From an uncultured Methanosarcinales archaeon (GTDB lineage Archaea; Nanobdellota; Nanobdellia; Woesearchaeales; CAZXZL01): a stretch of DNA of 40,088 bases. The notes below the pieces were generated by a model. The model was not told the DNA's origin and ran no database searches. It was given only the letters and a program-made list of their open reading frames with translations. A program made the position numbers and the translations under genes. The stretch covers positions 1-40,088 of the forward strand of contig CAZXZL010000004.1 of assembly GCA_964645415.1 (NCBI GenBank), read 5' to 3'. Below are positions 29,052 to 39,200 of this stretch, piece after piece. Each line of letters opens with the position of its first letter. Position 1 is the stretch's first letter.

Positions 29052-29780
29052 ATGGCTTCAAGAAATAATAATCGAAATAACTTAAAAGAATGGGAACCTA
29101 AAACTAGTTTAGGTCAAAAAGTAAAAAGTGGAGATATCGTTTCAATTGATAGTGTGTTTGAGAATGGATATAATATTCTTGAACCTGAAATAGTTGATAA
29201 GTTAATCCCTGAATTAGGTTCAGAAGTTTTACTTATTGGTCAAGCAAAAGGAAAGTATGGTGGAGGTCAAAGAAGAGCTTTCCGTCAAACAAGGAAAAAA
29301 ACTAAAGAAGGAGAAAAAGTTGGATTCTCTGCAATGGTTTCAGTTGGTGATAGAACAGGCCATGTTGGTGTTGGTATTGGTAGAGGAAGTGAAACTTTTC
29401 CAACAAGAGAAAAAGCAAAAATTAAAGCTAAATTAAATATTATTAGTCTTAGAAGAGGTTGTGGTAGTTGGGAATGTGGTTGTAAAGGTCATCATTCAAT
29501 CCCATACAGTGTTGAGGGAAAATGTGGATCTTTAACAATTAAATTGATGCCTGCTCCAAAAGGAACTGGTTTAAAAGCTGAAGGTGAAGTATCAAAAGTT
29601 CTTGAACTTGCTGGAATCTCAGATATTTGGTCTGAAGTAAAAGGAAAATCAAGATCAAAAGTTAATTTAATTAAGGCTACATTTAATGCTCTTAAAAAGA
29701 TTCAAGAATTTAGATTAAGAAAAGAAGATATTGAGAAACTTGGTATTAATCAAGGATCTCAAAAATTAAAATTGAATTAA
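29052..29780 (+). CDS. rps5: 30S ribosomal protein uS5
   Basis: WEPKTSLG, RRGCGSWECGC, PAPKGTGL. Confidence 0.97.
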   Translation: MASRNNNRNNLKEWEPKTSLGQKVKSGDIVSIDSVFENGYNILEPEIVDKLIPELGSEVLLIGQAKGKYGGGQRRAFRQTRKKTKEGEKVGFSAMVSVGDRTGHVGVGIGRGSETFPTREKAKIKAKLNIISLRRGCGSWECGCKGHHSIPYSVEGKCGSLTIKLMPAPKGTGLKAEGEVSKVLELAGISDIWSEVKGKSRSKVNLIKATFNALKKIQEFRLRKEDIEKLGINQGSQKLKLN

Positions 29781-29793
29781 ATTGGTGATAATT

Positions 29794-30354
29794 ATGGGTA
29801 ATATAGCAGTGGTTCAAATTAGAGGAACATTTGGAGCTTCTCCAAGGATTAAAAAATCCTTAGAAACTCTAAATTTAGGTAAGAAACATTCATGTACTGT
29901 TTTAGAAGATAATAAGAAGAATAGATCTATTTTTCAAGTAGTAAAAGATTATGCTACTTTTGGTAAAATTAAATCTGGAACAAAAAAGAAATTAGAAAAA
30001 TTATCAAAATATGATGAAAAAATTGTTTGTCATCTTCATCCTCCAAGAGGTGGATTTGAAAGAGGTGGAATAAAGAAATCTTTTTCAAATCGTGGTGCCT
30101 TAGGTAAAAGAGATAATATGGATGATTTAATTGAAAAAATGTTACCTTTTGAAGATAGTAGTAAATCAAATAGTAAAAAATCTAATAAAAAAGGTAAATC
30201 TAAAAGTAAAAAGTCTGATAAAAAGAGTAAAAAGAAGAAATCAAAATCATCTAAGAAAAAGAAATCTAAAAAGAGTAAATCAAATAGTAAAAAATCTAGT
30301 AAAAAAGGTAAATCTAAAAGTAAAAAGAAGAAATCAAAATCATCCAAAAAATAA
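29794..30354 (+). CDS. rpl30: 50S ribosomal protein uL30 with Lys/Ser-rich C-terminal tail
   Basis: AVVQIRG, VKDYATFG, LHPPRGGFERGGIK, GALG.R; about 65-aa tail after LIEKML. Confidence 0.95.
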   Translation: MGNIAVVQIRGTFGASPRIKKSLETLNLGKKHSCTVLEDNKKNRSIFQVVKDYATFGKIKSGTKKKLEKLSKYDEKIVCHLHPPRGGFERGGIKKSFSNRGALGKRDNMDDLIEKMLPFEDSSKSNSKKSNKKGKSKSKKSDKKSKKKKSKSSKKKKSKKSKSNSKKSSKKGKSKSKKKKSKSSKK

Positions 30355-30396
30355 TATTAATGGTTTATTTTTTATATAATTAAAAGGTGAATAATT

Positions 30397-30843
30397 ATGG
30401 TTCGAAGAAAAAGGAAAAAGAAATCAAGACATAGAGGATCTAGAAGACATGGGGGAGGACAAAAGAACAGAAGAAGAGGTTCTGGAAACCGTGGTGGAGT
30501 AGGAAATGCAGGTTCTTTTAAAAGAGCTGATACTATTCGTTCATATCATCATAATATTGGAACAAAATTTGGAAGTCAAGGTTTTGTATCAATGAGAAAA
30601 GATTTGAGTTTATTTGAAAACATTTCAATGATCGATAAACATCTTGATAAATTTCTTGAAGAAGGTTTAATTAAAAAAGAAGGAAAATATTTTGTGATTG
30701 ATGGAGACAATTTCCCATTTGATAAATTACTGGGAAGTGGTCAAGTAAATAATAAATATTTAGTTAAAAATATGAAATTATCCAAAAAAGCAAAAGAAAA
30801 GATTGTTGATGTTGGTGGAAAAATTGAAGAATCTGAAGATTAA
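30397..30843 (+). CDS. rpl15: 50S ribosomal protein uL15
   Basis: RGSRRHGGG, RGSGNRGGVGNAG, KLLGSG, A.EKI...GG. Confidence 0.95.
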   Translation: MVRRKRKKKSRHRGSRRHGGGQKNRRRGSGNRGGVGNAGSFKRADTIRSYHHNIGTKFGSQGFVSMRKDLSLFENISMIDKHLDKFLEEGLIKKEGKYFVIDGDNFPFDKLLGSGQVNNKYLVKNMKLSKKAKEKIVDVGGKIEESED

Positions 30844-30858
30844 AATTTATGATTAAAA

Positions 30859-32229
30859 ATGTCTTTTAAAAAGATTGTTAGAGGTTTTGTTAGATACTTG
30901 CCTGAAGTAAAAAAACCTATTAAAAGATTATCTCTTAAGCAAAAGTTATACTATACTTTATTAATCTTAGTTATTTTCTTTGTTTTAGGTGCTGTTCCTC
31001 TAGCAGGCTTAGATCAAAATTTATTAGGTGAATTAGAGTTTCTTTCTATGATTATGGGTGCTAGTATTGGAACAATCTTAACTTTAGGTATTGGTCCTTT
31101 AGTTACAGCATCTATTGTTTTACAACTTCTTTCAGGTTCGGGTTTTATTGATATTGATCAAACAACTGATGAAGGTAAAAAGACATTTCAAGCTTATCAA
31201 AAATTTCTATCTGTACTGTTTATTTTATTAGAATCTTACATTTTTGTATTCTTTGGTGGTTTAACTGCAACATCACCATCCTTACAATGGCTACTTGTAA
31301 TTCAACTAATTATTGGTGGTTTTATTATTATGATCTTAGATGATTTCAGTACTAAATGGGGTGTTGGATCAGGAATATCTTTATTTATTGCTGCTGGTGT
31401 TTCAAGGCAGTTAATGGTTCAATTAATATCTCCTTTTGCTGCAGATGGATCATTGTTTTTTGTAAGTAATATGGCTCCTGTTGGTGCTATACCTTCTTTA
31501 ATTGCTTTTTTAATGCCTACCTTTAGGTCTCCAGAAATTATAACTGAACTAACAAGAATTGGTTTTGGATTAGTAAGTACTATTGTTGTATTTTTAATGT
31601 CTGTTTATGCTCAAACAATGAAAGTTGAAATTAATCTTGCACCAAAAAGTTCTAGAGGTTTTAGGTATCCTTGGCCCCTTAATTTTTTATATACTAGTAA
31701 CATTCCTGTGATTTTAGCTGCTGCTTTATTAGCAAATCTTCAGCTATTGTCTGGTATGTTTGGTGGTGGAGCTTTTGAAAATTTTGTTAATAATTGGTTG
31801 ATGAATCATAATTTCATTTTTGATTTAATTTCTCAAGGACCATCTGTTTATATATTTGCAAGAGCTTTTGTATACTTGATGGTTATGGTAGTATTTGCTA
31901 CCTTATTTTCATACTTATGGGTTCAGACATCAGGAATGGATGCAGAATCTCAAGCTAAAAATATTTTAGGAATGGGTTTGAAAGTTCCTGGTTATAGAGC
32001 AAATAAAAAACTATTAGTTAGATTATTAAATAGATATATTCCATATCTTGCTATATTAGGTGGTATTGCTATTGGTTTACTTGCTGCCACTGCTGATCTT
32101 ATGGGTGCTTTAGTTCAAGGAACTGGTTTATTACTTACTGTAATGATTTTATACAAATTTTATGAAAATCTTACAAGAGAATATGCTGAAGAAATGAGTC
32201 CTGAGTTAAGACAATTTGTTGAATCTTAA
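30859..32229 (+). CDS. secY: Preprotein translocase subunit SecY
   Basis: LGIGPLVTASIVLQLL, KWGVGSGISLFIAAGV, YTSNIPVIL, GTGLLLTV. Confidence 0.98.
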   Translation: MSFKKIVRGFVRYLPEVKKPIKRLSLKQKLYYTLLILVIFFVLGAVPLAGLDQNLLGELEFLSMIMGASIGTILTLGIGPLVTASIVLQLLSGSGFIDIDQTTDEGKKTFQAYQKFLSVLFILLESYIFVFFGGLTATSPSLQWLLVIQLIIGGFIIMILDDFSTKWGVGSGISLFIAAGVSRQLMVQLISPFAADGSLFFVSNMAPVGAIPSLIAFLMPTFRSPEIITELTRIGFGLVSTIVVFLMSVYAQTMKVEINLAPKSSRGFRYPWPLNFLYTSNIPVILAAALLANLQLLSGMFGGGAFENFVNNWLMNHNFIFDLISQGPSVYIFARAFVYLMVMVVFATLFSYLWVQTSGMDAESQAKNILGMGLKVPGYRANKKLLVRLLNRYIPYLAILGGIAIGLLAATADLMGALVQGTGLLLTVMILYKFYENLTREYAEEMSPELRQFVES

Positions 32230-32275
32230 CTTTTTATTACTTTTTTTTAATATAATTATTTTATATGGTGTTAAA

Positions 32276-33025
32276 ATGGTTTTCTTTTTAGAATGGGATC
32301 CACTTGTAGTTATTATTTTACTTTCTTTTTCACTATCTTTATTGATAGTAATGTTTCATAAGTTCTTTACTGATCAAGAGAAATTAAAGAAAATAAAAGA
32401 TGAAATTGATGTGATGAGAGATAAACTAAAAGAGATGCAGAAAGATCTTAGAAAAGAAGATTCTGATGTTACACAAGAAGAGATGATGAGTCTTCAAAAA
32501 AAGATGATGTCTAAATCTTTTGAACGTACTAAAGATTCAATGAAAGTTTCATTATTCACTTTAATTCCAATTGTTTTTATTTTTAGTTTTATGAACTCAC
32601 ATTATATTTATGAAAACATTAATCCATATGATGATTTTGAAGTAAGTGTTTATATGCACGATAATATTTCGTTAGATGTTGTTTCTCAATTAAATTCAAC
32701 TTTAATTAGTGAAGATTATCATGAAGAGATATTTCGTAGAGTTTATTCATTTGAAGGTGGATCTAAAGGGATACATGTAATTGATTTTAATTATAATGAT
32801 GATAGTTATTCAAAAGAAGTATTAATTAGTGATAAACAAGAATACAATGAAAAAACAACTAAAGTTGATTCAGAATATATTGATAGAATTGAAATTGACT
32901 ATAATAAATTAAAACCTTTAGGTGATTTTTCAATATTTGGTTGGAATCCAGGTTGGTTAGGGGTTTATATTATTTTTTCTATAGTATTTAATTTAATTTT
33001 AAGAAAATTACTTGAGGTTGCTTAG
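32276..33025 (+). CDS. DUF106/EMC3/TMCO1 (Oxa1-superfamily) membrane protein with extracytoplasmic insert
   Basis: N-terminal TM, TDQEKLK coiled coil, TLIPI..F TM, C-terminal GWLGVYIIFSIVF...LRKLL; position after secY. Confidence 0.85.
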   Translation: MVFFLEWDPLVVIILLSFSLSLLIVMFHKFFTDQEKLKKIKDEIDVMRDKLKEMQKDLRKEDSDVTQEEMMSLQKKMMSKSFERTKDSMKVSLFTLIPIVFIFSFMNSHYIYENINPYDDFEVSVYMHDNISLDVVSQLNSTLISEDYHEEIFRRVYSFEGGSKGIHVIDFNYNDDSYSKEVLISDKQEYNEKTTKVDSEYIDRIEIDYNKLKPLGDFSIFGWNPGWLGVYIIFSIVFNLILRKLLEVA

Positions 33026-33061
33026 TTTTTATTATTTAATTATCATAAATGAGGTGTTATT

Positions 33062-33232
33062 ATGTTAAAACTTAATTTGGAATTAGATAACGATAAAAAG
33101 ATAAATAACTTAAATGTAGCAATGGATAAAGCTACATCATCTGAGATTTTTTTAGCTGTAGGGATGCTAGAAAAAGCAAAGCAAAAAATGTTATCTAAAA
33201 TAAAACCATCAGCTGAAATAGGTAAAAAATAG
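33062..33232 (+). CDS. Small hypothetical protein (56 aa; below the ORF-track cutoff)
   Basis: GAGGTG SD at 33050-33055; MLKLNLELDNDKKINNLNVAMDKATSSEIFLAVGMLEKAKQKMLSKIKPSAEIGKK. Confidence 0.7.
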   Translation: MLKLNLELDNDKKINNLNVAMDKATSSEIFLAVGMLEKAKQKMLSKIKPSAEIGKK

Positions 33233-33314
33233 ATATAAAAAAGTAGATTTACATTATTTACTTTTATTTAATTACTCTATTATCTGTTTTTTTATTTTAC
33301 CTACTATTATTACT

Positions 33315-34439
33315 TTAAATTTTATTTTCTGTTGGTATTTCTAATTTTTCAATATAATTAAGAAGTGCTCCTCCTCCAGTTGATAGAAAATAAAATGAAT
33401 TTTCTTTTCCTAAATCTTCTATTGCTTGTAATGTTTCTCCTCCTCCACAAATTACTTTTGCTTTTGAATCTGATAGTAAATTAACTAATTTTTTTGTACC
33501 TAATGAGTATTTACTTTCTTCAAATTTACCCATAGGTCCATTCCATAATATTGTTTTGCTTTCATCTATTATCTCTTTTATTTCTTCAAAAGATTCATCT
33601 GCAATGTCTAATCCTTCTCCTTTAATTTCTTTATAATCCAAAACTTTATCTTTTCCTTTAACATTACAAACAATTTTTTTTGGAATAATTATCTTCCCTG
33701 TTTTTAATAATTTTTTTGCATCATCAACAAAATCTTTTTCATATAAAGATTTCCCAATATTATAACCCATGGCCTTAATAAATGTAAAAGCCATAGCTCC
33801 TCCAATAAAAATATTATCACTTTTATTAATTAATGAACTAATTGCTGGAAGTTTTGTAGATAATTTTGCTCCTCCCATTATAACTAAGAAAGGTTTCTTT
33901 GGATTTTTAATTGTCTTTTTTAAATAATTAAGTTCTTTTTCTAATCTTAATCCAATAAATGAAGGTAAATGATTTGTAACTCCATATGTAGAAGCATGTT
34001 TTCTATGAGATACTGAAAATGCATCAAATACATAATAATCAGCTTGTTTTGCTAATCTTTTAGAAAATTCATCTTGATTTGATTTTTCTCCTTTATGAAA
34101 TCTTAGATTTTCAAGTAATATAACATCTTCAGTTGAATTATTAATTTTTTCTTCTTGATTTATACAATCATCTAATTTTAAAACTTTTTTACCTAGGAGT
34201 TTTTCAAATTCATTTTTGATTGAATTCAACCTTAAATCTTCTTTTACTTCACCCTTAGGTCTTCCTAGATGAGTCATTACTATGACTTTATTATTATTTT
34301 TTAACAAATATTTGATAGTATCTAGACTAGTTTTTATTCTAAAATTACTTTTTACTTTATTATTCTTTATTGGAACATTAAAATCTACTCTAACTAAAAC
34401 AGTACTATCTTTGATTTTATTTTCTTTTATTGATCTCAT
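33315..34439 (-). CDS. pgk: Phosphoglycerate kinase
   Basis: VRVDFNVP, THLGRP, LLENLRF, SHRKHAS, GGAK, WNGPMG.FE, STGGGA. Confidence 0.96.
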   Translation of the reverse strand: MRSIKENKIKDSTVLVRVDFNVPIKNNKVKSNFRIKTSLDTIKYLLKNNNKVIVMTHLGRPKGEVKEDLRLNSIKNEFEKLLGKKVLKLDDCINQEEKINNSTEDVILLENLRFHKGEKSNQDEFSKRLAKQADYYVFDAFSVSHRKHASTYGVTNHLPSFIGLRLEKELNYLKKTIKNPKKPFLVIMGGAKLSTKLPAISSLINKSDNIFIGGAMAFTFIKAMGYNIGKSLYEKDFVDDAKKLLKTGKIIIPKKIVCNVKGKDKVLDYKEIKGEGLDIADESFEEIKEIIDESKTILWNGPMGKFEESKYSLGTKKLVNLLSDSKAKVICGGGETLQAIEDLGKENSFYFLSTGGGALLNYIEKLEIPTENKI

Positions 34440-34524
34440 TTTATATAAAATCTATAGCTTTATATTAATATTTATTGATTTTTAAAAAGTTAATATCTCT
34501 CTTTATTTTCTTTTAGAATTGAAT

Positions 34525-36066
34525 TTATATGATTATTGAAATGAATTTTAAAATTAAGAAAAATATAGCTGAGATAAGATAAACCAAAAATACTTTTTTA
34601 ACTAATTTTCTTCCTTTTGATTCCATAATAACATAAACTGTAATTAATGAAAATAATATTGAAAAAATCAATAATTGCTTATAAATATATAAACCAATAA
34701 ATAAAAATGGTAGGATAGTTAATATTGAAATTATTTTTTTTGATTTTTTTTCTCCAAATATCACAGGAATTGTTTTAATTCCAGATTCTTTATCTCCTTT
34801 ATAATCTTTGAGATCTATAAAATTCAATGCTAATGAAAACGGGATTATAAAAAATAATATGTATTCATTTGGAAAAAGATTATAACTTATTGATCTTTCT
34901 CCAATCAGATATATTGAAAATCCCATTAATGTAAAAACTAATAGGTTGAAACCTAGTAAAACTTTTGATATAACTGGAACTCTTTTAAATCTAATTGGAG
35001 GATTTGAATATAAAAAGAATGAACTTATTGCAATTATGTTTAAAAAGAAAAATATGTATCCCATTAAAATTGAAATAAATATTGATATAATTAATAATAC
35101 AATACCTGTTTTTTTATAATCTTTTTTTGAAATATTTTTGTTAAATAAAGGTCTATTATTATTTGAAATTTTATCAATTTTATAATCTGAAATATTGTTA
35201 AAAATTATATTAGATTTACATGTTAATATTACCATAATATTTAGAGCAATAAATTTTAATGGAAAACTTTGAGGAAGACTATCAAAAGAATTATAACCAA
35301 TAAATATTCCCAAAATAATCATATATATACAAATAAGTAACCTAATAGGTCTTATATCTTTTATTAAACTTTTAACTAATTCTTTTTTTGTAAGGTAAAA
35401 TAAAATCCCTGAAAATATTAAAGATATAATTAAATAATAATATACTAGGAAAATACTATCTACATTAAAACCTAATAAAATCATAATTTGTGGATTGTTT
35501 GCTGAAAAGAAGAAAAACAAGTAAATGACTATTGTAATTATAGAACTTTTTAAAATATTTTCTGTTTTAATTAAAGTATAAATAAATATTGACAATGCTA
35601 GTAAAAGAAAATGTATCCTTATCCCTAGCGTTATTCCTTCATTTATTGCTCCTCCAAAAGTTAAAAAAAGATATAATAATTCATTTAATGTTTCAGGAAA
35701 GGCATAAGATACCATAGTATTTCTAAAACCAAAAAAAATAATATCTAAAATATATCCTATTGAAAAAATAACTGATAAAAGAGAAAAAACTCTTATCGAT
35801 TTAGTTAAATCAATATTTATTGTTAACTTTAATATAAATAATGATGCCGACAATATAAAAATATAAAATAAAATATATTCTAAATGAAATAATAAATTTA
35901 TTCTTGATCCTGTTGAAAATTCTTCAATTAAATTTCTAATTGTTAAAAATGAAAAAAAAGTTAAGATGTAAAAAAGAATAGGTGTTTTATCATTCTCTAT
36001 ATTTTCTATAACTTCTTTGATTTTTTCTAGAATTCCATTATTTTTTTTTCTTTCTATTTTATTCAT
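34525..36066 (-). CDS. Polytopic membrane protein with C-terminal UbiA-family prenyltransferase domain
   Basis: NNISDYKIDKISNNNRPL (NxxxDxxxD), YSNPPIRFKR, DLKDYKGD..GIKTIP; extra N-terminal TM region. Confidence 0.82.
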   Translation of the reverse strand: MNKIERKKNNGILEKIKEVIENIENDKTPILFYILTFFSFLTIRNLIEEFSTGSRINLLFHLEYILFYIFILSASLFILKLTINIDLTKSIRVFSLLSVIFSIGYILDIIFFGFRNTMVSYAFPETLNELLYLFLTFGGAINEGITLGIRIHFLLLALSIFIYTLIKTENILKSSIITIVIYLFFFFSANNPQIMILLGFNVDSIFLVYYYLIISLIFSGILFYLTKKELVKSLIKDIRPIRLLICIYMIILGIFIGYNSFDSLPQSFPLKFIALNIMVILTCKSNIIFNNISDYKIDKISNNNRPLFNKNISKKDYKKTGIVLLIISIFISILMGYIFFFLNIIAISSFFLYSNPPIRFKRVPVISKVLLGFNLLVFTLMGFSIYLIGERSISYNLFPNEYILFFIIPFSLALNFIDLKDYKGDKESGIKTIPVIFGEKKSKKIISILTILPFLFIGLYIYKQLLIFSILFSLITVYVIMESKGRKLVKKVFLVYLISAIFFLILKFISIII

Positions 36067-36248
36067 TTTTATGATGCATTAAAATTTTATATCTTAATTA
36101 TTCCTTTTTGTTTTTATTTATAATTCCTTTTCTATTTTATTTAAATGTTTTTTGTTTTTTATAAAATAATATTTATTTTATTCGAAACATTAATAAATGA
36201 TATAGGCACTTTATTAATAGTGAGTCCTTAAGTTTATGAGTGTTAAAG

Positions 36249-39200
36249 ATGCCTAAAACAAAAATTTTAAAATTAGAGATGAAAAACTTTAAATCTTTTC
36301 ATAAAAAAACAGTAGTCCCTTATAAAGATAACTTTAATGTTATTATTGGACCTAATGGTTCAGGTAAGTCAAATATTTTGGATGCGATGTGTTTTGTACT
36401 TGGAAAGACTTCTTCTAAAGCTCTTAGAGCAGAAAATAATGCTAAATTAATTTTTAATGGTGGTAATTCTAAAAAACCTGCAAATTATGCTTATGTTTCT
36501 CTTTATTTAGATAATAAAAATGGTGCATTTAGTATAGACACTGATGTTGTTAAAATAACTAGAAGAGTTGATAAGAGCGGTAAAGGAACTTATAAAATAA
36601 ACGAAGATAAAGTAACAAAAAGAGAAATGACTGAATTATTATCTCAAGCGGGAATTGATTCAGATGGATACAATATTGTATTACAAGGAGATGTTTCTCG
36701 TTTTGTTGAAATGACTTCAAATAATAGAAGAGAATTAATTGAAGAGATTTCTGGATTAGGAGTATATGAAAAGAAGAAAAGTAAAGCTTTGAAAGAACTT
36801 GATAAAGTTGATGATAAATTAAATGAAGCAAAACTAGTTTTAAATGAAAAATCTAATTACTTAGATGAGCTTGAAGAAGATTATCATAATGCAAAAAAAT
36901 ATCTTGAATTAAAAGAAGAAGTTAAGAATCTTAAAGCAACTTTAATCAATTTAAATATAGATGAAATATCTGATGATAAAGAAAAGTATGATAAAAAAAT
37001 TAAATCTTTAAAAGAAAAAATAAAAAATATCGAAGAAAAAGTATCTAATATTGAAGATAAGAAAAATGAGGTATTAAAAGAGATAGAATCTATTTCAAAT
37101 GATATTGAGAAAAATTCAACTGGTTCTGAAAATACTTATGTTAAAAAAATAGAAAAACTTTCTGAAAAGTTATCTTCAAAAAAAGGTGATTTGAACACAT
37201 TAAATTCTGAATTGAAAAGAAATAAAGAACGTCAAAAAGAAATTGATGAAAATATTAAAGAACTCAATTCAAAAATTGAAAGAGTTGATAAAGATCTTAG
37301 TGAATTAAAATCTAGAAAAGATAATCTAAAAAAAGAACTTAAAGAAGTAAATGAATTAATTTCTAAACATAAAGAAAAAAATTCTCTTGAGAATTTAGGT
37401 AAAATTGAAGAGGATATCGAAGAAATTGATTCAAAAATTGAAAAGAAAAATAAGAAAGTACACTCTTTAAGAGAAAAACAACAAGAAATGTTACGAAAAA
37501 AAGATAGACTTGAAATGGAATTGGATTCTGTTGAAAGTCAATTACGTAAGGTTTCTAAATTACAAGATGAAGAACAAAAGAAATTAGATAAGATAAAAGA
37601 AAAGAAGAAGAAGTATAAGGAGGTAACTGTTAAATTAAATAAGGTTTTATCTGAAAACTCATCTGTTTCTGCTGAACTAAATAATGCTAGAAATAAAAAA
37701 GAGGAACTTAATAAGAAACTTTCTAAGATAAAAGGAAAAAGTATGATGATTAAAGAAAAACTTTCTCGTAATAATGCAATCAAAGTTGTTTTAGATATGA
37801 AGAGATCCACTGAAGGTATTTTTGGAACAGTTGGTGAATTAGGGAGAGTTAATAAAGATTATTCTGTTGCTTTAGAAGTTGCAGCAGGAGGTAGAATGTA
37901 TTCTGTTGTTGTAAGAGATGATTCTGTTGCGTCTAAATGTATTTCTGTTTTACGTGATAAAAAAGTAGGTACTGCTAATTTTTTACCTTTAAATAAGATT
38001 CATGCAAGAACTTCTAATGTTGGTGATGTTTTGAATAAAAATGGTGTATTAGGACTTGCAAGAAATTTAATTAATTATGATCCTAAATTTAAAAAGATTT
38101 TTGATTATGTTTTTGGAGATACTATCGTTGTTCAAAATCTTTCAATAGCTAGATCTTTAATGAAAAGAGGAAGAAGGATTGTTACATTAGATGGTGATTT
38201 AATTAAAGGTAGCGGAGCTATGCAAGGTGGTTATAGGAAGAAAAAAAGGAAATCAGCAGGTTTTGTCAATGAAGAATGGGATGAAAAAATTCAAGAAGTA
38301 GAAAAGAAAATTCAAGAATATAGTAGATTAGTTTCTAAATTAGAACAAAAAAAGAAAGAAACTGAAGAAGATATCTCTGAATTACGAAAGAAAAAGGCAA
38401 GTTTAGAAGGAGAAATAATTAAAGAAGAAAAATCATTGAATTTAGATAAAGATGATTTAGATGTAAGTAAAGATAAAAAAGAAGTTTTAATTGATAAAAT
38501 TAATAAGTTTGAAGATGACCTTGATGAGATTAATTCTGAGATTAGATCAAACATGAAGGATTTAACTAAGTTAAAAACTGAAAAACAAGAAAAAAGAGAA
38601 AAGATGAGTTCTGCTAGGGATCCAACAATTATTGCAGAACTTAATTCTTATGAAGATAATAAAGAATCTATTAAAGAAAAAATTTCAAAAGTAGATGTAA
38701 AAATCTCTACACAAGAGTCTAGAAAAGAAAATGTTTTTCTTAAAGAACTTGAAAAGATAAAAAAGATTAGAACTGATCTTGATAGTGAATTAGAAGAATT
38801 TAAAGAAAATAAAAAATCTATTAAAAAAGAAGTTGAAGAATTAGAATCTAAATTAGAAGAACTTAGAGATAAAAATAAAGAATTCCAATCCAAATTTAAA
38901 GACATGTTTGAAAAGAAGAAAAAATTAGAAAAAGACTCTGAAAATTACTCTAAGAAAATATCTGAATTATTAGAAAAAAGAAGAGATTATGAGAAAAAAA
39001 TTAATAATATTAATCTTAAATCTGCTCAAATTAATGCTAAATATAATTCTTTAAAAGAGCAACTCAAAAATATTGATGATTATGAAATTTATGACCTTGC
39101 AAAAAGTACTGTTAAAAAGAAACTTGCAAATAAAGAAGTTGATCTTGAATCTTATGGAAATGTAAATATGAAGGCTCTTGAAATGTATGATGAGGTTAAA

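Noticed and set aside
29969..30379. Alternative-frame and antisense ORFs over the uL30 tail
   Set aside because: Stop-poor shadows of low-complexity Lys/Ser DNA.
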